Of a DNA stretch of 64,000 nt, positions 12,923-25,766 are shown in pieces. The DNA lies in assembly GCA_037379345.1 (NCBI GenBank), contig CM074511.1:6200001-6264000 (forward strand), given 5' to 3'. Made by a program: the position numbers and the translations under genes. This DNA is from Perna viridis. Its lineage: Eukaryota. Under the pieces are notes generated by a model. The model had not been told where the DNA came from, made no database searches, and saw only the letters and a program-made list of their open reading frames with translations. How positions within the stretch are numbered: position 1 is the stretch's first letter; each line of letters begins with the position of its first letter.

Positions 12923-14194
12923 ATATCCTTTATTTTAAATTTGCCTTACGGTGACTAGTTCTTGAGTATATGTATAAAAAAAGTCTAATGGTCCATTATC
13001 TTTAAATGATTATTTTCATGCCCTGTTTTTAGGCATCAGGGACATTAAGTTTTACTGGTGTTCATACCTGTGTATGTCTGTTCCATAGTTATTTGTCAAA
13101 AAAAAATAATTCAGCAAACCTTAACAAGTCTGCACCTTAATGGTTTGTATGATGTGCAAACTTTTTTGCTCAGTCACACTTCCTATTTGTCAGACATGGA
13201 TTCAAATAGGTGTGGGTCTTAGGTCTTGGACTCTCACTCAGAACATTATAAACTATGGTTAATTTTGTTGTTTATGAATATGGGGACCTTCTATCTATTA
13301 AACACCTCTTATTTTCTTTTTTTTTTTTTTGTGGGTATGGTGTCCATCTGTCCTTTTTTTTGCAGAGAGTGCTCATTTCTTTGCTATTACTCCCTCTCCA
13401 CCGCTGAATGGAATTTAATGAAATTTTCACAGAATCATGATATTCCCATTGTGCACTTTCTATTTAAGAATTTGAGTCAAATTATTCTGGAAGTTAAAAG
13501 ATATATGTTATTGTTTGTGGGAGTAGGGGTATCAATTAAGTTAGCATTGCTCTCTATTTTTTCTCATTATGGTACATCTCAACTTTGAGTTGTTGTTTTT
13601 TTTTTTAATTGAATGATATAAAACTTGAATATGTCATTTTTATGATTCCAAAAACCAAAATGCAGTGTTGTGGCATTATTAACACAAGTTCCTGTTTATA
13701 GTCTATCTCTCAGCTGTAAAGGTCTCCTTTTAAAATATTCACAGAAAGTGACACAGATAAACATTTTGATAAACATGGTCTTGGTCCTTCAGAACTTAAC
13801 ATTAAGCTGTATGATGGACCTTTGGTTTCTCTCAAGTGGACACCTTTCATTCCAAATTTTAAAAAGTTAATGAACCATCCACTCTCAACAGCATGTTTGA
13901 TCCCATGCTGGAACAGTCTTGTTGATTTTTATGGTTCCTCAATTTTTCTTCAAGGAAATCTTAATGGAAATGATTTGAAATTTTATTTTAAAATTTTAAG
14001 GTAATTTTTTTTTAAATAGGTAATTTGTATTCTGTGTAAACTCTCAAAGAATGCAGCTGTAGCAGACAGTGAGATTAAAGTTAGGCAGTATTGAATGAGG
14101 TTTAATATTGGTGCCAGGTTTTCTATTCATCAGTCTGTGTTGTTACGTCTTGGTAGTAGTTTGATATATATAGTTAGTCCTTAACTTACATTAC
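12923..14194 (+). other. U12-type (minor spliceosome) AT-AC intron
   Basis: 5' ATATCCTTT at 12923; branch site TCCTTAAC at 14178-14185; TAC acceptor ending at 14194, 10 nt after the branch A; splicing keeps the frame. Confidence 0.88.
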
Positions 14195-14252
14195 ATACGC
14201 ATTACACCCAGACAGCCTTAATACATTGACCAGTGGAAGGAGGAGAAGATGA
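14195..14252 (+). CDS. MDC1: MDC1 terminal coding exon ((S)YALHPDSLNTLTSGRRRR*)
   Basis: In frame after the AT-AC intron; TGA at 14250-14252. Confidence 0.8.
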
Positions 14253-14697
14253 TACCTAGTTTTAGCCTTGTTTTAATAGTGTTATTATTAATTGACATGT
14301 TTAGTCGTATTGTTTCCTGCACTACATAGATCATTTTGGAGGTGGCCAATGTGTCAAATCCTCCAATCAAAATTGGAAATCACCCATAAGAATGTGAGTG
14401 GTAAAAAAAATTGAAGTTAAATTTGTCATGAGCAGTATGAGTTGGTATTTTGTTTACTGATAATTTGTCCTTAAGCCATTATATGGAGCGACATTAACTC
14501 GTACTTCCACAAATCAACCAATAATTCTATGTGTATATCGTGCTTACTTTCATGGCTCTGTGTTAAATCTAGACTTTCTCAAAGAAACAGTGTCTTTTTC
14601 CAAAGAATTATGTGCAGAACATTGGAATTAAACTGAAAGGAATTTAATTTTCCAAAGAAGTTTTGGGAAATAATATTTTAATGTTTATTGTTTAGAC

Positions 14698-15327
14698 TAG
14701 GGATGACAACAAAACTCTCAAGTACTTACTCATAAGGTGAAGTACTAAGAAACAAATTATGTGTTGAAATACTTGTTTGTGTTTTGAATATCTTGATGCA
14801 TTTCATCAAGTTCCCTGTATTATACTAATTAATATCAATTAACGACATACAAACAGTTAGTAAAGGTGTTTGTAGACGGACACTTACATGGATCATTAAC
14901 TGGTAGGCGACAAACTTGTGTTTGATTGTTAATCAATGTGATTGATATATAATGAACATTCATCATTTGCTAATTAATGATGAAATGTAGTTTTGTACAC
15001 ATAATTAGTCCTATATTTTGTTTACTTTGAGGAAAAGCAAAATGTTGACTTTTAGGAAAAGCAAGTCTATTCTCATTAACTTTTCAATGATTTTTTTTAC
15101 ATGTCTCTCATTTGGTACATAAACACAAAAATATAATAATAGCTACTTTGAAAGGTTATTTGTTGGAAAGATGGTTAGTATATTTATAATTCAACTCGGG
15201 AGTATTGAAGGTTGTAAGAAAAATACTGCTTTCCAACAAAAAATCTGATACTTTTTACCAAATCATGAAGTTCTATCCAAGTACTCAAGTATTCTAGTAT
15301 AAAATTTCATATCTTTTGCCATCCCTA
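14698..15327. mobile_element. Non-autonomous hAT element just downstream of the MDC1 stop
   Basis: TIRs TAGGGATGACAA / TTGCCATCCCTA; 8-bp TSD gtttagac / gttaagac (7 of 8 match). Confidence 0.85.
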
Positions 15328-18300
15328 GTTAAGACCTAACATAAGAGAAATAATTTTTAATATTACTTAGTGACTAAATTACATAATAGTACATCAATCA
15401 TATCTAAATACTTTTCAATTCATATAATTGGCCTGTTAGATATTGTGATACATCTGTTTATAAAAAAATATAGATCATTAACAGCAGCCTTCAAAGTAGT
15501 CACGACATATAAAGTTTTATATGCAAAGAATGTTTGATCCTTTTTTTACATACATGTACCACACGTTTTAAATGTCTGTTCATGATGTATCTGTATTTAT
15601 TATCTCCACTCAGTAGATTATATTCTGTCTTGTGATAATGTTTCACCTTCCTGAGGTTGGGGTTTTAGGGGTACTTTTGTTATTTTCACTTAGATAGGGC
15701 ATTAGTTAGGCATTGATTAAATTATACAAAAAGAGGCAGCAAGGAAGTACAACCACCTCATCCAAGTTACTTGTTGCTTTTTAGTGTAAAAAATGTACGA
15801 ATTCAAAAGAGAAAGTGAATGTTAGATGTAATTTTATGTCACATATGCTTGTCAAACGACAGTAGAATTCTACTTACATTTTTATTATTCATCCAGTTTG
15901 TGATTGATAACTTGTATTTAGAATACACTAACATTGATGGTAACCCCCATTTTATGATTATTTGACCTGCATTTTTAATACTGTTTGCTGTAGAAAGCAT
16001 TTAATATAATACAAGAGGTATGATAAATTATTGTTTTACTGGGAGATTTTAACCCAGGGTCAATATTTCGTGTGACTATATGGCACTGGTCAATATGAAA
16101 GTTAACTATGTTTTAATTTAGAGCATTATCTTTTATAGGTAATTTTCACCAACTTCATTTGTACATGTGGCAGTGACTATGGTTGTATTTCTAGTTATTC
16201 TTTGTGCATAAATTTTATCTCATTCACTTTTTTGTATGTTTTCGTTGATTATTTTAAAATTATTATATTTTAATCGATCATTTTTTTTCCGAACATGAAA
16301 AGATTATTTCTGACTTTATTAAGTTGTAATTGAAGTAAGACATAACATTTGTGGTGTCAAAGTTACATGACCTTTGTGGTGTCAAAGTTACATGACCTTT
16401 GATAGAAGTACATTATAAGTAGATTTATAATACTGTGTTAAAAATGTAAATGTTTCAAGTGAATGGATTTTTAAAAATTTTTGCCATTGAAGAACATGTA
16501 GTATTATTTTTGAAATTCATAATAGAGCTTTGAAGCAGTTTAATTTTTAATAAACTTACAAGGAAGAGGAATATTTTTGTCAACTTAAGCAAAAATTACA
16601 CTGACAATTTTTATCTTAAAGCTGCCTTCATTTTATATACTTCCTTGACACTTATGGTGTTTGTTTCAACAAACTTTTTCAGTAAGAATCTTTGAAAATA
16701 TACAAAATATAGACAAATATGTACCTACAAAAATGTAATAGAAATAATATTTTTAAATATAGAAAAATCAAAATTTTGAAACCAATAAACAAAGCTTAAA
16801 ATAATGGAAAGCATAGTGTTATGATAAATGACTGTATATTTTACTGTGTTCTTTGAAGTATTAAATATTGCTGACTAGTGACAGTTTTTCTCCAGTCACA
16901 TGTCAAGATTTAATACATGAATGTTTAAAAAAAAAACAGCTTTTTAACATAATTTATCAGCTCTCAACTATTACTCATATTCATATCATACTCATTTTAA
17001 TTGACAGTGAAAATAAAATGTTCACTTTTGATGCTTCTTTTAGTTACTCCTATTTGCCATTATTTGCTTTTAACAAAAAAACTTTTGATCTCTTACTTAT
17101 GTCACCAGCTTCTCATATACATGAAATAAAATTTTATTATGTAAAACCATTAGTTTTATTACTTTAGTGGTACCATTGTTCTTTAACAGAAGAAATTTAA
17201 AAAAATGATACTGTGTACCCAATCTACCAAATTTATGTTAAGATTGATACCTATAACCTGAATAGAACAAAAACATGTCAAATTCAGGAGCATCAGTAAT
17301 CTGTATTAGTTTCTCTTCTTTTTATACCTGTATAAATGTCTTGGGGTGGAAAAGAGATGAAGATTTTAGTAGGTAAAACGGTCTTAAATTTTGATCACAA
17401 GGTCACACTTCACACTCTACGATAAACACACAAGAACTGACACAACCACAAAAAGATACTCTATTCAGTACTGCAGAGACTTTAGAAAATGTCAGTTTGA
17501 TTCGCCATAGTTCATAGAAGTAGCTATTTTGAAATGTTTCATTTTCTCCTGCTACGTTTGAAGAATTCAAGTGTAAATTGAACATTGACACTCAAATCTA
17601 CAGATGATAAGCTTTTTATTGTGAATTTTTCGTTGTGTCATGATTAGAATTGTTTTAGTTAAAAATGGTAAGATTGTTTTTTCTTGTTGGAATAAGTAGA
17701 GTCTGACTTGGTCCTATTGATAATTATGAAGGGTATTATTTATCTCGATTTAATTAAAGAATCTGTATGTTCGTTAAATGTACATAGTGTTAAAAAGAAA
17801 AATAAATCTCGAGTAAAATTGCTTACTATTCACTGCACAAGTAGGTGAATATGTATTACTTCGCTTGGATTGCCTCCCGTTGTGAATATGTTTTACTTCG
17901 CTTGGATTGTCTCCCGTTGTGCAGTACAGAAGAGAAGTTTTGCAACTTTTCTCGTTCTTTTTTGTGATACATTTGTATATAATACATGACTTTGTACATC
18001 ATTTAAAAAAAAAAAAAAAACAGCGCTACGATATGCGACAATTTTTACCCATCTGCTCGTTATCCGTTTTGTCGTAGGGTCTTGTCGCTACTAATATTCT
18101 ACTAACTTTGGTGAATGGCTATATAGTAGTAACAAAGCATTGCTTGGATTGCATTTCATGAAATAAGTCGAGGGAAACTTTTTAGGAGTTTGATTTGAGC
18201 TTGACACATGGGTAGCACCTCCATATTTTGACCTATTCACTTTAAAGTTCGTTGAATGAAGTTAAGATGGGATTGATTTTCACAGTCAAAAGGGATTGAT

Positions 18301-18599
18301 CTGCTGATATTGAAAACCCATTGTTGGTCATTTATAGGAAGATGTATTTTCCATTCCCTTTTCTCCTCTTAGAAACCTTTTTAGTGGGTTCTCTTTTCTG
18401 GTGCGGTATAGGGAATCGGCATAGAATGCAGGGGATCGCTTCTCCTTTAACTTTTCTAGTAAACCATCTAAGTTTATATAGTGATTGCTTACTGACCAAT
18501 GCGCGGCCTGTATACATGTATACATGTACATTAAGCATCAACAAATAAACTTATTGAAATAGAAAAAAACTGTGCAAAGAGCAGTAGTAGTAAACATTT

Positions 18600-19060
18600 G
18601 TGGTTAAAAACCTATGAACAAGAGATAAAGAATAATCGAATGAAGGAGGAGAGAACAACATTTAAAAGCTGTGCCTGTTGGAATAGCAACAAGTTGATGT
18701 GTGATCTTATACATTATTACAAGGGAGCATGGCAGAAACACTACTAGTGTTGTGGTAGTTATTACAGGCGTACCTAGCAGCCCTCCTCTCAACCATATCT
18801 ATCTTCGAAATAGAGACTAGGGTATGAGGATCCCAAATTGAGGAGGAATACTCGAATTTGGGGCATACAAAGCTTGGCATGGATTGACTTTTGGTGTACT
18901 GGTTGCTTATCTACAAGTTCCTTTTGAGGAATCCGAGTGATTTATTACCTTTTGAATTGATGTCATCGGCAGTGTGATTGTCCCATTTAAAGTTAGATTG
19001 TAGAGTGACATCTAGGTACATTATAGTTAACTGATGTGACAACTTTTAGAGTGTGGTTAT
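18600..19060 (-). mobile_element. Decayed LINE ORF2 C-terminal fragment (CR1/L2-like)
   Basis: Minus strand reads YLDVTLQSNFKW..LGFLKRNL*..EYSSSIWDPH..IDMVERRAARYACNNYHNTSSVSAML with stops and frameshifts. Confidence 0.8.
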
Positions 19061-20229
19061 GGAGAATATAATCGTGTTGGATGGATTTTCGTTTACTGGA
19101 GAGAAAAAAAACTGCATTTATCAAGATGGAAGATCATTAGCCAGTCTTGTTCCCATTTTGCTACTACATCAAGATCACTTTGTACTTACTAACACGCTTG
19201 CTAACTTAGGTTCTTGTAATTTAAGACAAAGTATCTGCAAAACTAAAAGGGTTTTAATTTGGTGAGAAAAAAAAACTATCAAATTCACTTAATTAACGAT
19301 ATCTGCATTTTATGGCACATTCTTCAATAAAAAAATAGTGAAGAAGTTTGTATGTTACCAATACAGATCCTATCGGTGTCAGGTACTTCAAGCAGATACC
19401 ATCAGTACTTGACAAGTTACATACAGTTATTATAATCGGCTACAGCTATGATCCAGTAACTAAATGACACTTTTTGTGTGAAACTAGGACAAAGTTTGGG
19501 TTATCTGACGTTATTTAGATAGTGATAATTGTACAATCTACCCTGATGTAATCCACTCGTCTGTGGTCCGGTAGACACTTTTATACGACTGCATCTGATT
19601 ACCGTACACAAGAAATAATACAAATTAAATTGCCCTATATCGCCTTCTGCCTGCTGATTGATACACAGTCTTATCATATGTAGAACAATCGTAAGTCGAG
19701 TATACCCTCCACTTTAAGTACTGACCCCTGGCCTAGATTGTGTTTGTTTTTCAATTATTAATTGCCTTTTTAGGCCCGAAGAATAGAAAGATTTAAACTT
19801 TAAAACATCAAAGGATTAGTTTTGTGAAGGGCTAATCAGGGCAGATAATGCTCTCGGTGAGGCAGAAGAATATGTCAATAAAGTTTGGTCCAGTTTATGA
19901 ATTGACGTATCGGCTTTTCTGTTGTTTTCGTTTCAAATGCCTCTTGGGATGGCAGAATCCGGGTTCAAATGGGATATTTTAATGGATCAATTAACCTTGA
20001 TTCGAACGAAGTCAGGTGCCTTCACTGTCTCCACACCGTCTACGACAAGTACTCTACACCTTTATGAAAGGTGAATATTTCGATTTTCTTACGTATACAC
20101 TGTCAAATGCGTTGATGTTTTCTTCTTTCCCATTTTATTTCCTGCTCTGTCTATAAGTAGGGACTTATTACTACACTCTGATATAAACTCTCTGCTATAA
20201 CACATAACTTCTCACCATCTGTCACTGTA

Positions 20230-20880
20230 CAATCTTTCTACATTTGATTTCTCATGACAACTCAGCATGTTATGTCTGTCCGGTAGCTGAATGTTGCCTA
20301 TGGCTACTGTACGCGTTTTTCTCTTGCTTTTTTAAAACTGACAAACGAACATGTTATTTTTTCTCCCCTTCTGTCGCTCTATTCTGTTCATGACAACAAA
20401 ACTCTTTTCTCTATTTTCTGTCCGTCTCTTTGTTCTGTACTGTGTTTTCTTGCATTTTTAAAATATATATTCTGCCAAAGACAACAAAGCATGACATTCC
20501 TCTCTCCTTTGATCTCTCTTTTTTCGTCTATGTTAACAGTACACGTGCTTTCTCTCTGTTTCGCTCTGTTCTATCTATGACAACTGAACATGTGGTTTCT
20601 CTCATTTCGACCCTCTATTGTTTGCTTCACGCATTGCATATGTCGTTTCTCAACTTTTGTCCTGTATTCTGTCACCTGAACATATTGTTCGCTTAATTCT
20701 TCTGTCGCTTTATTCTCTTCTGAACAATTACCGAACAGCTTCCTCTTTTTCGTCGCTCGGTGTTGCCTTTGACAACCGCACATCTGCTTCCTATTTTTCG
20801 TCGCTCGATTTTGACAATTAACGTGTGCTTTCTCCTTTTTCTTACCATTTCTTATGACAGAGGAAGATATGCACCTCACC
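20230..20880. repeat. Highly diverged pyrimidine-rich tandem array (about 50-60 bp period)
   Basis: Recurrent ctgtcgct..tgacaac..acatgt..tttctc modules. Confidence 0.55.
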
Positions 20881-21759
20881 CTGTCTACTGTATAACATGA
20901 ATGAAAAAGTTTTCAGACCCAAAGTGAGAAATACCCTTACGTTATCTCATAGCTGATGGGGCTATGTAGACCCAGTTCATTCTAATATTTTTCACAATGA
21001 ATCAATACTCAACCACCCCTACAGACATGTATCGATTAAGTTTGCCTTTTGTTATACATACATTTTCACCTCTCTCTGTAAATGTTGGACACATGACTAA
21101 AATATATCTTTATGATCATTCTACTAAAACAATATCGTTGGTTATGATTTATGTTATGGTTTACTTGGAGCTATACATCGGAGAAAATCTTGATAAACTT
21201 GTCCCACCACTTGTAGAAGGAAGACATCTTTAGTGGGTGTTTATAACACGGTTAACAGAAACTCGTCATTTTGTGATGTGCATTCATAACCGTGAATACT
21301 CCTACAAAGTAATAAAAAGATAGGCATTTATAAAACTCGGTTTTGGGTGTTTGTAGCAGTGAACAAATATGACTAGATATGATGTACGGTTATAATGCCC
21401 AAAATCTGTAATAGGCGTTCGTATGTGTGAACTCTGAATTACTCTCGGCCTACATGTACCTTGTTCATACAAATAGGACAAAGCTTTTTTCGAATTAAAA
21501 AAATAGATTTTCTTTTTCGGTAGGAAGACACAAGAACCACTAAAATGTTCGAAGATTGTTTACCCCGGGCAAAATACTGCCTAAGATAATATCTGTTGCA
21601 ATGAAGGCTCGTTATGTCACTGTCCTGCTGAAAACCGTCTTTATCTTAGCACACCACTGGATTCAACTTAGCACACATCTGAATTTATATATATCTATAA
21701 AGTCGTTTATTGCAGGTAAAACTTCCATATTTTGATTAAGAAGTAGTTGATTGGTTGAT

Positions 21760-23030
21760 TAGTACTAAGTAACAGTATCAGTTATCTTAGAAAAAAAACT
21801 GATTTGTTCATGCTTTATTTTGTTCAATAACAAAATGAAACTCGTCATCAATTTTATTATGTTTAGTGGATAATCTATTTTCTCTTGGGATATTCTTATA
21901 ACGACCAGTTTCAATTGACAGTGGATGGTCCTGAGTTGTTTAATTTCAAAACTCAATTCAATTCAAAAAGGGATTCTTCTATTTTAAACTCTGTTTTAGT
22001 TTCTGTTTCTATTAAGAAATAGTTTTGAACTATCAGTGAGAGGTGGTAATTTATCGAAAAAGTTTGATTTTTATTTGTCCTGTTAGACCTTTTTTAATTC
22101 AATTTTTATTGGAAGTTTAAAATTTTTAAGAGACTTATCAAAATTACTGAAATTTGCTACATCTAAATCAGATTAAAAATATTTGAGGGAAAGCTAAACT
22201 AAGTATATAAACCTTAGTTATCAAAGGGTTTGTTTAGTAGAAAAGCCTCGTCCAATAATGGATCAATTCCATTTTAGTCAATAAAACAACTGAGTTTTAA
22301 TAAAGGTGGCTAAAGAAAGTCTACCAAGTTCCAATTTTGCTGCTATAATACCTACAGTTCTTTAATCCAAAGATTGACTTGCAGTATCTTTTATGGACAA
22401 TTCCGAAACTACATTTATCTTCCAAAGATGAAATATCACAAAGATATGTTGCTCTGCACGGTTAATGAGTTTTGAAATATTAAAAGAATTTTTCATAAAC
22501 CATATTTCATAGTTATATAATATATTTATCATAATTAACATTTCAAATAATTTTAATGAAAAAGTTAACTCAGCTGTACAGTGTAAGATAAGATTACCTT
22601 AGTGTTGCTACTTGTCATACGGACTTTAACTTTTTTGACTATTGCCTAGAGTTTTATTGTTTTGTGTTTCTAATTTTCTGTCCCGGTTTTCTTTGTACAT
22701 CTCCGAATCGTGCAAATATAAAGAAAATGGTGCTTAATCGACTAATGTACGATTCCAACAAACTCAAACTTTTTTAATCCTTTATATGGAACCAATACTG
22801 ATTAAGAGTCATAGGTTAAGAAGATATTCCCAACCGGCTATATCTGTATGGAGTTGTACTATGTTGTTCTCATCAGGGAGTTTGTGAAGTATTGTAAATT
22901 AAACCATTTTAATCATTATGGCTACTTCAATTATATGAGGTAACAGCCAATTACATACAATTTTTACTTTGTAGGAAGAAGTTGTGTCACACTAAGGCAT
23001 ATTTTTAATCTGAGTTCACCCATCATTCTT
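21760..23030 (-). mobile_element. Decayed CR1/L2-like LINE ORF2 3' fragment (upper boundary approximate)
   Basis: Minus strand HPLSIETGRYKNIPRENRL...DDEFHFVI near 21830-21930, typical of the LINE C-terminal zinc-knuckle region. Confidence 0.6.
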
Positions 23031-23050
23031 AGCAATCTTAAGTTACTTCA

Positions 23051-24260
23051 AGAGAATTCAAAGGAAACAAGATCTTAGCGGAAATCAAAAGAATGCAATC
23101 CAGGGACAAAGACAAGACAGGGAAAACAGACGCGCACAACAAAGAGCTAAAATAACCAAAAATAATACGTACAAAGCAACAAAAGTAAATGAACAACTCG
23201 GACTCCACTAAAAACTGAGCACGGACCAGGTGCATCAGTATAGTAAGCGTCCTCTGCTTTTCTAGAAACATCAGGCGAGTTGCTCATAAAAATTAAAGTC
23301 CGGGTTAGACGAAAGAGGAAAGGAAAAGTATGACACGTTAAATCGGTTTTCATGGTGCAGATAGATACACCGTAACGCACAACGAGTATAAAATTTCTGT
23401 AATGATAACTCCAATCTTGTGGTAATATAACTTTGTTTCAGATGGTCTAGAGGTACAAAAAGTCTGCGTAATTACAAGCTCTGACATAACGTATGAGTTG
23501 TGAAACGAAAACCCCATACACAGGTGCTGAAGGAATGTTGTCACAGATGAAAGGAAAGTTGACAACACGGAATGAAAAGTCGTCGTTTGTCGTGTAGTAT
23601 GGTCAATAGTTTTCCTTCACCACGGATCTCTAAGTGTAGGTCAAGATAGAGGCTGACTTCAGAGTGTCTGTCGAGTATTCTGCATCTCAAGTTGTTTTGG
23701 GTAGATGTGATGAATAAAATCCCCGAAACTAGGATTGTTTAACGGTAATACATCTATATAACAGAAACTGAGATCAAAGGATCTGGCTACACGATGGTTC
23801 TTCTTTTGGATCAGATCAGCTAGTAAGTCAGCCTAATAAGTATGAAGGAATAGGTCAACAAGTAAAGGAGCACAATTTGTTTCCATTTGATGAAAAACGG
23901 GTCCACCACACTGGACAAATATGTTGTCTATAAAAAATACAGCATTTTGAAAACATATTTTTCGGGTATATTTGGATTTAGAACTGTTTTTCACTAAGAG
24001 TGAGGAGTCTCTACCAAGTACTATATAAAGGTATCTAGTGTAAGTTTATTTCAGTAACAACGATGTATAATGTGTTTGAGTCGGGATTTTAACTGAGTAT
24101 AGGGAATAGAAATATTAAGAGTTGAAAATCATAGGTTTTAATGCTATTGTATTCTGATAATTAGCATGAATTGAGGGTTTCCAGAAAATCTTTGAATTTT
24201 TCAGGACCCACATTGAATTATTCCCACTAGGGTTGTAACAAGTGTCCCGGTAAGACTGGA
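23051..24260 (-). mobile_element. Penelope-like retroelement fragment (RT plus 3' region), decayed
   Basis: Remnants of TYDFS..IP.TQLKSRL, FLIDNIFV and DDFSFRVVNFPFICDNIPSAP..SQLIRYVRAC; the 3' region aligns with 49232-49935. Confidence 0.8.
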
Positions 24261-24354
24261 GGCCCATGAAAGTTAGCTTGTTTATTACAGTTTCTGTAGA
24301 CAGTTCATGTTGTTTTATGCAACTTTTCTTTCATTAAAAAAATGTCAATTTATA

Positions 24355-25670
24355 TACAAGTTCTGGATAATACACCTTTCATTCAAATGTACTGTGAGTT
24401 CTGGATACACCATTCATTCAGAATTATTTCAAGTTCTGCATACACCTTTCATTTAGATGTGTTGTAAGTTCTGAATACACCTGTCATTCAGATGTACTGT
24501 AAGTTATGAATACACCTGTCATTTAGATGTACTGTGTGTTCTGGATACACCTTTCATTCAGATGTATTGTAAGTTCTGAATACACCTTTCATTCAGATGT
24601 ATTGTAATTTCTGGATACACCTTTCATGCAGATGTACTGTATGTTCTGGATACACCTGTCATTCAGATGTACTGTATGTTCTGGATACACCTTTTATTCA
24701 GATGTGTTGTAAGTTTTGGATACACCTGTCATTCAGATGTACTGTATGTTCTGAATACACCTTTCATTCAGATATGTTGTAAGTTCTGAATACACATGTC
24801 ATTCAGATGTACTGTATGTTCTGGATACACCTTTTATTCAGATGTGTTGTAAGTTCTGGATACACCTGTCATTCAGATGTACTGTATGTTCTGAATACAC
24901 CTTTTGTTCAGATGTACTGTATGTTCTGAATACACCTTTCAATCAGATGTATTGTGAGTTCTGAATACACCTGTCATTCAGATGTACTGTATGTTCTGAA
25001 TACACCTTTTATTCGGATGTACTGTATGTTCTGAATACACCTTTCAATCAGATGTATTGTGAGTTCTGAATACACCTGTCATTCAGATGTACTGTATGGT
25101 CTGAATACACCTTTCATTCAGATGTACTGTATGGTCTGAATACATCTTTCATTCAGATGTGTTGTAGGTTCTGAATACACCATTCATTCAGATGTACTGT
25201 ATGTTCTGGATACACCTTTCATTCAGATGTATTGTAAGTTCTGGATACACCTTTCATTCAGATGTACTATGTTTTGGACACACCTGTCATTCAGATGTAC
25301 TGTATGTTCTGGATACACCTGTCATTCAGATGTACTGTATGTTCTGAATACACCTTTTATTCAGATGTGTTGCAAGTTCTGGATACACCTGTCATTCAGA
25401 TGTACTGTATGTTCTGAATACACCTTTCATTCAGATGTACTGTATGTTCTGAATACACCTTTCATTCAGATGTACTGTATGTTCTGAATACACCTTTCAT
25501 TCAGATGTATTGTAAGTTCTGAATACACCTGTCATTCAGATGTACTGTATGGTCTGAATACACCTTTCATTCAGATGTCCTGTATGGTCTGAATACACCT
25601 TTCATTCAGATGTATTGTAAGTTCTGAATACACCATTCATTCAGATGTGCTGTACGTTCTGAATACACCA
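24355..25670. repeat. 35-bp minisatellite, about 37 copies
   Basis: Unit ttctgaatacacctttcattcagatgtactgtatg; period 35 (24541 to 24576). Confidence 0.97.
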
Positions 25671-25760
25671 TTATTTTGCTGAGTGCACTGCTTTACGGTT
25701 TATGTATTCAAAGGATGAACTTAGGAAAAACAAACAAAAATACAAATCAAGTTTCATTAT

Positions 25761-25766
25761 TTTATT
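25761..25766 (-). promoter_or_regulatory. Candidate polyadenylation signal of the p85-like gene (about 2-kb 3' UTR)
   Basis: AATAAA on the minus strand followed by a GT/T-rich downstream tract (gatttgtatttttgtttgttttt). Confidence 0.45.

Larger units (their letters stand above)
110..14252 (+). other. MDC1: MDC1-like gene, 3' part (9 coding exons; 5' part lies upstream of the window)
   Basis: Exons 110-256, 1022-3061, 5387-5548, 6373-6441, 7125-7224, 7454-7609, 10015-10040, 12762-12922 and 14195-14252 join in one frame. The C-terminal [71 protein letters not shown] closely matches the MDC1 tandem BRCT. Confidence 0.93.

Noticed and set aside
13226-13588. 120-aa hydrophobic ORF inside the U12 intron
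   Set aside because: T-rich sequence and decayed repeat remnants, TTG start, no homology.
24355-25670. CRISPR-like array of 35-bp partly palindromic repeats
   Set aside because: Units are contiguous with no unique spacers, there are no cas genes, and the context is eukaryotic.
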